DNA from: Gemmatimonadales bacterium
GTDB taxonomy: Bacteria > Gemmatimonadota > Gemmatimonadetes > Gemmatimonadales > GWC2-71-9
Reading direction: 5' to 3'
Length of the DNA stretch: 64,000 bases
Assembly: GCA_035501775.1 (NCBI GenBank)
Contig: DATJVM010000064.1
Coordinates: 81,171-145,170, forward strand
A program made the position numbers and the translations under genes. Below are positions 9,192 to 17,439 of this stretch, piece after piece (the stretch's first letter is position 1; every line of letters starts with the position of its first letter). The notes under the pieces are model-generated. The model saw only the letters and a list, made by a program, of their open reading frames with translations, did not search any database and was not told the origin of the DNA.

Positions 9192-10184
9192 ATGACCGAG
9201 CGAACCGAGCTGCTGGTGGTCGGGGCCGGCCCGTGCGGCCTGGCGGTGGGGGTGGCCGCGCATCTGGCCGGCCTCCGGTGCATCCTGGTGGATCGCCGCA
9301 CCGTGGTGTCCACCATCGAGCGATACCCCCTCAACATGACCTTCTTCTCGACGCCGGAGAAAATCGAAATCGGCGGCGTGCCATTCATCGCGAGCCATGA
9401 GAAGCCCACCCGGCGCGACGGCCTGCTGTATTACCGCCGGGTCACAGAGCACTTCGGGCTCGACGCCCGGCCGGGCGAGGAGGTGGTGGAGGTCACGCCT
9501 TTGGCGGGTGGAGGCTTCCGCGCGGCGATCCGCCGCCGGCACGACGCCGCGATCTACGAGGCGGCCAACATCGTCTTCGCGACCGGCTACTACGACTGGC
9601 CCAACCTCCTCGGCATCCCGGGAGAGGAGCTGCCCCACGTTTCGCACTATTTCGTGGAAGGTCACCGGCACTGGCACCAGGATGTCGTGGTCATCGGGGC
9701 GGGGAACAGCGCCGTGGATGCCGCGCTCGAGACCTGGCGCGCCGGTGCCCGCGTTGCGCTGGTCCACCTGGAGAGTTCCTTCGACCGCACCGTGAAGCCG
9801 TGGGTGCTGCCCGACATCGCCAACCGCGTGAAGGAAGGGAGTATCGTCGCGCACTGGCGAAGCCGCGCCGTGGCCATCACGCCGGAGGCAGTGGAGATCG
9901 AGTCGCTCGATGGCGGCGCCCGGACCCGCCTCCCCGCGGACGGCGTTCTCGCCATGACGGGCTACCACGCGGACACGGGGCTGCTGGCGAGGCTGGGCGT
10001 GCCGGTAGATCCGACGACCGGCGTCGCTCGTCACGACGACACGACGATGATGACCCCTGTAGTCGGCTGCTATCTCGCCGGGGTCATCGCAAGCGGAAAC
10101 GACGCCAACCGGCTCTTCATCGAGAACGCGCGGGGACACGGGGAGCTGATCGCGGCGGACATCATTCGACGACGCAGTGCCTGA
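9192..10184 (+). CDS. ypdA: YpdA-family FAD/NAD(P)-dependent putative bacillithiol disulfide reductase
   Basis: Near full-length similarity, from memory, to Bacillus YpdA: GAGPCGLA, FFSTPEKIEIGGVPF, ATGYYDWPN, HYFVEGH, VVVIGAGNSAVDAALE, KPWVLPD, AMTGYH, AGVIASGNDANRLFIENARGHG. Confidence 0.8.
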   Translation: MTERTELLVVGAGPCGLAVGVAAHLAGLRCILVDRRTVVSTIERYPLNMTFFSTPEKIEIGGVPFIASHEKPTRRDGLLYYRRVTEHFGLDARPGEEVVEVTPLAGGGFRAAIRRRHDAAIYEAANIVFATGYYDWPNLLGIPGEELPHVSHYFVEGHRHWHQDVVVIGAGNSAVDAALETWRAGARVALVHLESSFDRTVKPWVLPDIANRVKEGSIVAHWRSRAVAITPEAVEIESLDGGARTRLPADGVLAMTGYHADTGLLARLGVPVDPTTGVARHDDTTMMTPVVGCYLAGVIASGNDANRLFIENARGHGELIAADIIRRRSA

Positions 10185-10205
10185 GCAGCAAAGGCACCGC
10201 GAGAA

Positions 10206-10241
10206 ACAACGAAGCCCTCCGCGTGCGGAGGGCTTCGTTGT
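10206..10241. terminator. Bidirectional stem-loop between convergent ypdA and the pilX-like gene
   Basis: Arm ACAACGAAGCCCTCCGC (10206-10222) is perfectly complementary to GCGGAGGGCTTCGTTGT (10225-10241). T-containing tails on both strands. Confidence 0.7.
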
Positions 10242-10261
10242 TGTGGAAGGGTTGGTGCAGC

Positions 10262-12187
10262 TCAGTTCTGGTTCGCCGCGTACCAGTTCACGACGTTGAA
10301 CCGGGTCGGGTCCATCTCGTAGAACCGGTTCTTCACAAAGATGCCGGTCGTCGGGTAGTACGGCGGCGGATAGGTGGAGCCGCAAGCGTCGTACTGGTAG
10401 CGCTTGATGTAGCCCTCACCTGAGGTGAGGCCGACGGCGCCGCGGTAGCCCTGGATAATGCCGCCGTAGGTGACGAGGCAGCCCCGGCCAGCCGTGAAGT
10501 TGCCGCCGATCAGGCAGTGCTCCGCGTTCGAGGAGCCCACTCCGTTCTGTTCCGCGCCAAACGTCTTCAGGGTAAGGATGAACCCGTCGATGGTTTCGTT
10601 CGTCGTGGCGCTATAGCTGCGGAAGGTTCCGGCCGGGCCGGAGATCTGCGAGCCGTTGGTGTTGAGCGTTTGGGGGGCGTTTATCGTGTTGTTGGCAACG
10701 ATGATGGACTGGCCCGAGAAGAACCCCGCGATGTCCCCTGTCTGGCAGGGCCGGGTCGCCGGGTTCTGGTAGTAGTACACATCATCGCCGATGATGATGT
10801 TGCCTGTGGCTGCAACCGTCACGCGGCCGTGAACCGTGCCGCTGACGATGACCTTCCCGCCGACGGAGATGATGCCCTTGAAGCTCGAGTTCCAGGCTCG
10901 ACTCAAGGGGAAGAGGTAGTGCGCGTCGGGACGGCCGGTGATGACCGCGCCAAGCGTGGCCAGGGCGGCCTGGATGCTGCCGGGAGCCGCCACCCAGCTC
11001 CCGCCATCCGGCTGGCCCGAGTTGGGCCAGTTGGCGCCGGTTCCCGGCGCCGTCAGGATCGAGTCGCCGCCGAGGTAGCACTGGGTGGTCCGCACGACGT
11101 TGTTGGCGCCGGTCCCGGCCGAGTTGACGAGGGACGAGTCGCGGCGCTTGGCCTTGTTGGCGTTACTGAGGGCGCCGGTAAAGCCGTGCCGGTGGAGGCT
11201 GTCCGAGGTGGTATCGTGGTAGAACGCCGCCAGGAACTTTCCGCTTGCGCCAGCCACGTCGCCGCAGTTCTTGGAGAGCTCAAGGTAGCTCCCCGAGGCG
11301 CTCGTCGTGCTCGGCAGGCTGGCGGAGACAAAGTTCTCGTCCGTGCCCTGATAGACCCGGAAGAAGCCCTGCACCCCGTAGGTGGGTCCCAAGTCGATCG
11401 TGAGGAACTGAATCCGGGTTCTCGCCTGGCCGGCACCGCCCGCCGTCGACCCGGCGAACTTGGTGTTACCGACGTTCGCAAGGCTGTCGAGCTTGTTGAG
11501 GTCCGCCACCGTGGGCATCGGAATGAGTGCGGCGTTCAGGATCGGGGGCGGCCCGGTAAAGGCCGCGTTGCCCTGGTTCTGGATGCTGCTCTTGGCGGTG
11601 CTCACCTGCCCGGTGAACGTGACGGCCGGCGTCGGCGAGGTGTAGATCTTGAGGAGGTCGTTCGAGAACACCGGTCCCTGGATCTGGTCGCCACCACCGA
11701 ACACGATGGTGTTGCCGGCGGTATCGTTCTCTGAGTTCGTGAAGTACGCGAACTTCGAGAAGCTCTCCTGGTTCACCTCCAGGCGCCGCACCGACTTGTT
11801 CCCGAAACTGTCTGTCGCCACCGAGATGATGCTGCCTACCACCCCATATTGGCCGCTGGTGATGCCGCTTGGACCCACGTAGGTCGACCGAGTGACCTTG
11901 GGGATCGCGGTATTGCTCGCATCCTTGACGGTGACGTTGCTCTCGATGGTCGTATAGCCGTTGTTGGGGAAGAGCGCCTTGTTCCCGTTCAGCGCGCTTC
12001 GCGCCTCCTCGACGCCGGCCAGCGCGGCGTCGTTCACGATCGTGACTCGGTCCCCGTTCTTGCCGATGAGGTTGGCGTTGAGGGTCATCATGACCGCCGC
12101 GATGGCGATCGCGCTCACCGCGAAGGCCACGAGGAGCGTGGTCAGGAGCGCGATGCCGCGCTCGTTGCGAAGGGGTCGGAACGGCAT
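10262..12187 (-). CDS. Large PilX-N-terminal-like pilus-associated protein (putative tip/minor component)
   Basis: 641 aa. The N-terminus NERGIALLTTLLVAFAVSAIAIAAVMM resembles the PilX_N hydrophobic segment. The rest is Gly/Thr/Asn-rich and beta-rich (GKVIVSGTVHGRVTVAATGNIIIGDDVYYY). Last gene of the minor-pilin operon. Confidence 0.6.
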   Translation of the reverse strand: MPFRPLRNERGIALLTTLLVAFAVSAIAIAAVMMTLNANLIGKNGDRVTIVNDAALAGVEEARSALNGNKALFPNNGYTTIESNVTVKDASNTAIPKVTRSTYVGPSGITSGQYGVVGSIISVATDSFGNKSVRRLEVNQESFSKFAYFTNSENDTAGNTIVFGGGDQIQGPVFSNDLLKIYTSPTPAVTFTGQVSTAKSSIQNQGNAAFTGPPPILNAALIPMPTVADLNKLDSLANVGNTKFAGSTAGGAGQARTRIQFLTIDLGPTYGVQGFFRVYQGTDENFVSASLPSTTSASGSYLELSKNCGDVAGASGKFLAAFYHDTTSDSLHRHGFTGALSNANKAKRRDSSLVNSAGTGANNVVRTTQCYLGGDSILTAPGTGANWPNSGQPDGGSWVAAPGSIQAALATLGAVITGRPDAHYLFPLSRAWNSSFKGIISVGGKVIVSGTVHGRVTVAATGNIIIGDDVYYYQNPATRPCQTGDIAGFFSGQSIIVANNTINAPQTLNTNGSQISGPAGTFRSYSATTNETIDGFILTLKTFGAEQNGVGSSNAEHCLIGGNFTAGRGCLVTYGGIIQGYRGAVGLTSGEGYIKRYQYDACGSTYPPPYYPTTGIFVKNRFYEMDPTRFNVVNWYAANQN

Positions 12188-12208
12188 AAGGCGGTCTCCG
12201 AGGACGCG

Positions 12209-13384
12209 TCAGGGATGAAGCGGCGCCGTGACTGTGGCCATCGCCGAGAGCGAGGGCGTGCAGTCCTGCGCGGCCAGGCCGTACTGATAGCCGGGCGCGC
12301 CGACCACGGCGGTCTGATCGTTGTAGCTGGGTGTGGCGAACCCGGCCGGAACCGTGGCGATGGGATCGGGCCAGGTGGTGTCGCCTACGTTGCGGCGCCA
12401 GATGACGTAGGACTTGACGTCCTTCTCACCGCCCACCTCGTCCACGGCCTGATTCCAGGTGAGAATCATCGTGGTGTCCCAGGGGGACACGGTCGAGTCA
12501 ACGTTCCAGTTGGCGCTCACCGCCGACCCGAGGATGGGAATATCGCCGCAACTGGTGACCGCCGCCGTTCCGACGTTGGGCATGGGTACCATGAAGTCGA
12601 TGGCCCGCGTACGGAGGGCGCTGCCGGTGAGGCCGTTGGTCACCGTGAAGGCGACCTCCACTGCCGCCAGGCTGTCGATATGAGCCACCGAACCGGTGTC
12701 GCCCACTGATCCGTGAATGGCGACCGAGTGCTTCATCGGCACCCAGGCCGTCGGGACCGTATCCAGCGTCGCCTTCGAGGTCCCCGCCGAGGGAATGTGG
12801 GTCCAGTAATACCGGAAGAAGTTGGTCCCCGCGGTCTTCTGCACGTTGCGGACGACGACCTCCGGCGCGGCGTTATTCACCTGGCGCTCGAGCAGGTAGT
12901 ATCCGGCCAGCGTGTCCGCCGCGAAGAACCAGGAGATCGTCTCGGCGGGGCTGTTGACCCCGGAGCTTCCCGAGGCGTAATAGTTGGAATCGGGGTAGGC
13001 AAAGACGGGGCTGGTGCCGGGCAGGTTGAACTTCTGTGAAGCCGTGAGGGCGTTCACCTGGCCGGCGGGAAGGCCCGGATTGTAGTAGATGGCGTAGAGG
13101 CTGTCGGTGTTTGACGAGTAGTCGGCGTTGAAGATGAACGAGTTGACCCCGGCATAGACGAGGGAGGGCTGGGCGTAGGGCACGTTCGCCCCGGCCATCC
13201 GGATGTCCTCCGACATCAGCGCCCCGGAGAAGGACAGGTTCTGCAGCATGTCCATATCGCTCGAGTTCTGATCGAGTCCCTTCGACTGCTGGGACAGGAA
13301 GCCCAGGGCTCCCGCCATGATCACCGAGAACACGGTGATGGCGATCATCATTTCGATCAGGGTCATACCACGGCGGTCGCGCAT
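12209..13384 (-). CDS. Prepilin-type N-terminal cleavage/methylation domain protein (PilW-like minor pilin)
   Basis: Class III signal RRG/MTLIEMMIAITVFSVIM. 391 aa after trimming ORF 12209..13645 to the ATG at 13384. C-terminal Fn3-like segment. Confidence 0.8.
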   Translation of the reverse strand: MRDRRGMTLIEMMIAITVFSVIMAGALGFLSQQSKGLDQNSSDMDMLQNLSFSGALMSEDIRMAGANVPYAQPSLVYAGVNSFIFNADYSSNTDSLYAIYYNPGLPAGQVNALTASQKFNLPGTSPVFAYPDSNYYASGSSGVNSPAETISWFFAADTLAGYYLLERQVNNAAPEVVVRNVQKTAGTNFFRYYWTHIPSAGTSKATLDTVPTAWVPMKHSVAIHGSVGDTGSVAHIDSLAAVEVAFTVTNGLTGSALRTRAIDFMVPMPNVGTAAVTSCGDIPILGSAVSANWNVDSTVSPWDTTMILTWNQAVDEVGGEKDVKSYVIWRRNVGDTTWPDPIATVPAGFATPSYNDQTAVVGAPGYQYGLAAQDCTPSLSAMATVTAPLHP

Positions 13385-13398
13385 GACCGTCCTCCCGG

Positions 13399-13803
13399 CT
13401 ATGGCTTGGCGATCGTGACCGTGCGGCTGACCGACGAGGTCAGCGCGGCGGAGGTCACGACCACAGTGACGCGCTTGTAGTCGTTCAGTGAGTCGGCCAC
13501 CCCGGACAGCGTGGCGTCTGTCGTGACGGTTGTGGTCCGGGTGAAATTGTAGGTCCCCAGCCCGGTGACCGTCCCCCGGCACTTGCCGGCCACGTTGGAA
13601 TCGAGCGCCGCGTAGTTGGGCTCCGCGCGACACCGCGCGATCCACGCATCGGCCAGCGCGCCCGCTTCGTTCCGGACCCGGTTGGTCGCGACCGCGGTGG
13701 TAAACCGGATGCCCGCGTAGGGCACGATGAGCAGGGCGATCGCGAGGATGGTGACCGCGATGGCCACTTCGATCAGAGTGAAGCCGGCCTCTCGATTCCG
13801 CAT
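13399..13803 (-). CDS. Prepilin-type minor pilin (PilV-like)
   Basis: EAG/FTLIEVAIAVTILAIAL prepilin motif. 134 aa. Confidence 0.8.
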   Translation of the reverse strand: MRNREAGFTLIEVAIAVTILAIALLIVPYAGIRFTTAVATNRVRNEAGALADAWIARCRAEPNYAALDSNVAGKCRGTVTGLGTYNFTRTTTVTTDATLSGVADSLNDYKRVTVVVTSAALTSSVSRTVTIAKP

Positions 13804-14399
13804 CAGAACCCCCTCAGCCAGGTGCTACCGTTCCATCGCATCCACTCGGCGCGCCCCGTGGCTCGCTCCATATCCATGGACCAGGTCTCGTTGGCATGGC
13901 CGGGCACCCCGGCCATGGCCTTCACGGTGCTGATATACCAGCCGCCGTACTCCTTGGCGCTGCCATTCCGGTAGAGCACGATCGCCGGGAGCCCCGTGGT
14001 GGTCTCCGTATTCGTAAAGTTGATCGCGTTCCCGCCAAAGCCTTGTGCCGGAACGGCCGCGGGCCGCCCGAATACCACGTTCTGGCCGAGGGGGATGAAC
14101 TGCACCCGCTCGTTGGCGCTCACCTGCTCGTCGTTGTTCGAGTCATCGACGACGCGCAGGTCTTTCCCTGCGGCGTCGATGAGAACGAGCATGTTATGCT
14201 GCCGGGCGATGGCCTGGCGCTGGACCGCGAGCAGGGTGGTCCCGAGCGACTGCACCGTGGCCTTGGTCTGGATCCGCGCCAGGTTGATCTGCGGCATCAC
14301 GATCGTCGCAAGGAGCCCGATGATCACCACCACGATGATCATCTCTACCAGAGTGAAGCCCGCCTGCCAGCTGGGGCGGGGCGCCGCTTTCATCTGCAT
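13803..14399 (-). CDS. Prepilin-type minor pilin (GspH/FimT-like)
   Basis: QAG/FTLVEMIIVVVIIGLLATI prepilin motif. ATG at 14399 is preceded by GGAG. The stop overlaps the next gene's start (TGATG). ORF 13803..14594 trimmed. Confidence 0.8.
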   Translation of the reverse strand: MQMKAAPRPSWQAGFTLVEMIIVVVIIGLLATIVMPQINLARIQTKATVQSLGTTLLAVQRQAIARQHNMLVLIDAAGKDLRVVDDSNNDEQVSANERVQFIPLGQNVVFGRPAAVPAQGFGGNAINFTNTETTTGLPAIVLYRNGSAKEYGGWYISTVKAMAGVPGHANETWSMDMERATGRAEWMRWNGSTWLRGF

Positions 14400-14828
14400 T
14401 GTCACTCCGTCAGGGATCGGGACATCGGCTGTGCGCTTCCGCTGCTCCACCAGGTTCTCACTTGAAGCTAGGAAACCGGTTCTGTCCCAGCAACTTGGAG
14501 ACGTCTGGAGCCCCGGGGCGCCGGACGCCCTGATCCGGCCTCTCCGACACAACGCCGTCGGGTCACGAATTCTCTCACGCCCCGAAACGGGCAAGTTCTA
14601 CGCCCTCGGAGGCCCTCTCCACATGTCCACGTCTGGCAGGCACTTGACGGGCTGTCGGAGCGCGGGCGCCACAGTTCGGGGTCTGGCAAACTGCCGCGAA
14701 ACGCTTGTGCCTCATTGAGTTGCGCTAAGATTCCTTAGGCGCCGCCCCGGGGTTCCTGGCCCCGGCTCCCGTCGCCAAGCGGTTGCAGAACAACGAGTTG
14801 GCTCACGAACCCCAGCTTGCTGGCCGGA

Positions 14829-14869
14829 TCCCGTTCCCCTAGGTTTCGGGCCCCAAGTCCCGTTCCCCT
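14829..14869 (+). repeat. Exact 12-mer direct repeat TCCCGTTCCCCT (x2, 29-bp period) in the glyQS leader
   Basis: Copies at 14829-14840 and 14858-14869, 18-58 nt upstream of the glyQS ATG. Confidence 0.6.
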
Positions 14870-14886
14870 CGAACCCCCCACCGAGA

Positions 14887-16215
14887 ATGGCCGACACATC
14901 GCTGATGGAAAAACTGGTGTCGCTCTGCAAGCGACGCGGCTTTGTCTTCCAGTCCTCGGAGATCTACGGCGGGCTCGGCTCGGTGTGGGACTACGGACCG
15001 CTCGGCGTGGAACTCAAGAAGAACGTGAAGGACCGGTGGTGGGAGGCCATGGTGCACGCCCGGGACGACATCGAGGGCCTGGATGCCGCCATCCTCATGC
15101 ATCCTCGCGTCTGGGAGGCATCGGGTCACGTGGCCGGTTTCACCGACCCGCTGGTCGATTGCCGTACCTGCAAGGCCAGGTTCCGGGCCGACAAGCTCGG
15201 CGACGCCCAGTGCCCACAGAAACCCAGTAAGCATCCCGGCGAGCACTCGACCTGCGATCTCACGGAGCCGCGCCTCTTCAACCTCATGTTCAAGACCTTC
15301 ATGGGGCCAGTCGAGGAGCAGGCAGCCGTGGTCTACCTGCGCCCCGAGACAGCCCAAGGGATCTACGTCAACTATCAGAATGTGCTGAACGCGTCCCGCC
15401 AGAAGGTTCCCTTCGGCATCGCACAGATCGGGAAGGCCTTCCGTAACGAGATTACGCCTGGGAACTTCATCTTCCGTACCCGCGAGTTCGAACAGATGGA
15501 GATGCAGTTCTTCGTGAAGCCGGGGACCGACGGGGAGTGGTTCGAGCGGTGGCGGGAGTGGCGGCTGGCCTGGCATCACGCCATTGGCCTGAATCCGGCA
15601 CGGCTCCGGTGGCATCAGCACGGTCCTGGTGAGCTGGCGCATTACGCCAAGGCGGCGTACGACATCGAATTCGAGTTTCCCTTCGGCTGGAACGAGATCG
15701 AGGGGATCCACAACCGGAGCGACTACGATCTGGGGCGGCATCAGGAGTACTCGGGCAAGAAGCTCGAATACTTCGACCAGGCCGGGAACGAACGGTACAT
15801 CCCCTACATCATCGAAACCTCGGCGGGCGCTGACCGGGTCACCCTGACTCTCCTGGTAAACGCGTACCGCGAAGAGGAGGTGGAGGGAGAGACCCGGGTG
15901 GTGCTGGGCTTTCACCCCAGGGTGGCGCCCATCAAGGCGGCGGTGCTGCCCCTGGTCAAGAAGGATGGAATGCCGGAACTGGCCGACCGGATGTACCATG
16001 ATCTCAAACGGCGGTTTCCATGCTTCTATGATGACAGCGGCGCTATAGGGAGGCGCTATCGTCGGATGGACGAAGCGGGGACGCCCTTCTGTTTGACGGT
16101 GGATGGTCAGACTCTGGCCGACGGCACCCTCACCGTCCGGGAACGCGATTCGATGACCCAGGAGCGCGTCCACCAGGACCGGGTGGGCGCATGGATTGAG
16201 GAACGATTGCGCTAG
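14887..16215 (+). CDS. glyQS: Glycine--tRNA ligase (homodimeric class II GlyQS type)
   Basis: [52 protein letters not shown]. 442 aa. Confidence 0.95.
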   Translation: MADTSLMEKLVSLCKRRGFVFQSSEIYGGLGSVWDYGPLGVELKKNVKDRWWEAMVHARDDIEGLDAAILMHPRVWEASGHVAGFTDPLVDCRTCKARFRADKLGDAQCPQKPSKHPGEHSTCDLTEPRLFNLMFKTFMGPVEEQAAVVYLRPETAQGIYVNYQNVLNASRQKVPFGIAQIGKAFRNEITPGNFIFRTREFEQMEMQFFVKPGTDGEWFERWREWRLAWHHAIGLNPARLRWHQHGPGELAHYAKAAYDIEFEFPFGWNEIEGIHNRSDYDLGRHQEYSGKKLEYFDQAGNERYIPYIIETSAGADRVTLTLLVNAYREEEVEGETRVVLGFHPRVAPIKAAVLPLVKKDGMPELADRMYHDLKRRFPCFYDDSGAIGRRYRRMDEAGTPFCLTVDGQTLADGTLTVRERDSMTQERVHQDRVGAWIEERLR

Positions 16216-16628
16216 CCGGCCCAGCCCGGAGGCAGACCGCCCCCACCAAGGTCTTGCAGCGCTCCGCTCCCGGCTCGCTGATCGCCTTCGATGGTGAAGG
16301 CGGTGGGGCCTTCCGATTCCTGAAGTCTGAGGCTGGCCAGCTCGCTGTAGGTCCGGGGGGAGCGAATTGCTGGCGGATCACCCATCTGCGACGACTCAGG
16401 CCGAAGCGCCGCCGATGTGATGGAGCGGCTGGCAGAAGCCGGGGGTGGTCCGGTTCTCCGTGGAGTGGCGCCTAAACAACATCGTTGCGGGCGTGGCCCA
16501 GGCCTTGGAGCAGCTGTAGCCCCGCGGGCCGGTCCCGCCAGATGTACGCCCCCGTTAACTTTGACACGCCGGTGCCGACCATCGCTCGCCCAAGGCAATC
16601 AGAGGCGGGCCTCTTCCCAAAGAGCCCT

Positions 16629-16907
16629 ATGACCCACGAGACCGAAACCGCGTTGTCCGGCACTGACGTTTTGCGCCGCGCCAAATCCTTCTTCCAGGAA
16701 CGCGTGCCTGGGAACGCTGCTTATCCGGAGAAGGAGGGGGACAGCTGGCTCACCCTCCGGGGACAGGGAGGGGAGGAGATTGCCCTCTCGGTCGGGCCCG
16801 GCAGCCGCGGGACGCGGGTCCGGGCTTCGACGCTGTTCTTTGATCAGGCCGTCGGGCGCTTTCTCTCCACCCTGCCCGCCCCGTCCGAGAAAGCGGGTGC
16901 CGCGTGA
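16629..16907 (+). CDS. Hypothetical small protein (92 aa)
   Basis: The ATG at 16629 inside ORF 16485..16907 gives a plausible soluble composition. The stop overlaps the next GTG start (GTGA). No recognisable motif. Confidence 0.4.
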   Translation: MTHETETALSGTDVLRRAKSFFQERVPGNAAYPEKEGDSWLTLRGQGGEEIALSVGPGSRGTRVRASTLFFDQAVGRFLSTLPAPSEKAGAA

Positions 16908-17161
16908 CCACGATTCCCGTGCGGGTGACGGTGGCCGACAGCTGGGACCAGGTCTCGCTCGAGCTTCCGGCGGAGGCGCCGCTGTCCGAGGCCAAGAGCA
17001 GGGCCCTCGCGCTGACCCACGTTCGCGGGCGCCCCGATCAGTTCCTCGTCAAGTTCAGAGGGGCGGAGCTGTCCGACGAGGCCCAGAGCCTGGCCCAGGC
17101 CGGCGTTGTGCCGAACGCCGCGCTGATCGTGCTGCGCCGCCGGCGTCGACCGGTGCGCTAG
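16904..17161 (+). CDS. Small ubiquitin-fold-like (beta-grasp, YukD/ubiquitin-like) protein
   Basis: 85 aa. PDQFLVKFRGAELSDEAQSLAQAGVVPNAALIVLRRR aligns without gaps to the ubiquitin segment [37 protein letters not shown] (11/37 identities by eye). LELPAEAPLSEAKSRA resembles LEVEPSDTIENVKAKI. There is no C-terminal GG. Confidence 0.45.
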   Translation: MTTIPVRVTVADSWDQVSLELPAEAPLSEAKSRALALTHVRGRPDQFLVKFRGAELSDEAQSLAQAGVVPNAALIVLRRRRRPVR

Positions 17162-17163
17162 TC

Positions 17164-17436
17164 GTGCCCGACACGCCGCGGCGGACGCCGCCGGGCCGCC
17201 GGATCCTCACGCTGTTCGCCGTCGGGTGCCTGACGCTCGACGGCGTGCTCCTGGTCCTCGCCGGGCTGTGGGGACGTCGCCTCGAGTACGCCATTGGCGG
17301 CGGCCTGTGCCTCCTTGGCGCTCTGCTCGTGCTTCACTTCTGGAAGCGGCATCGCCGGTCACTGGCGGCCTTGGCCGCCGCGCGTCGCGACCTGCGGGAC
17401 GAGGCCCGGGCGCTGCGCGATCTGATCCGGCGATGA
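17164..17436 (+). CDS. Small two-TM membrane protein (GTG start)
   Basis: Two clear hydrophobic helices (ILTLFAVGCLTLDGVLLVLAGLW and GGGLCLLGALLVLHFW) followed by a charged helix. Starts 3 nt after the previous stop and ends 3 nt before the HDAC-like gene. Confidence 0.4.
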   Translation: MPDTPRRTPPGRRILTLFAVGCLTLDGVLLVLAGLWGRRLEYAIGGGLCLLGALLVLHFWKRHRRSLAALAAARRDLRDEARALRDLIRR

Positions 17437-17439
17437 CTC

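Noticed and set aside
14400-14886. T-box leader for glyQS and a sigma-54 promoter for the pilin operon (AGGCACaagcgTTTCGC on the minus strand, 14696-14712)
   Set aside because: There is no T-box consensus or specifier-loop architecture. The sigma-54-like string lacks the critical -12 GC at the correct spacing and sits about 300 nt from the pilin start.
14839-16173. 444-aa minus-strand ORF antisense to glyQS
   Set aside because: An antisense artefact. GlyRS motifs are on the + strand.
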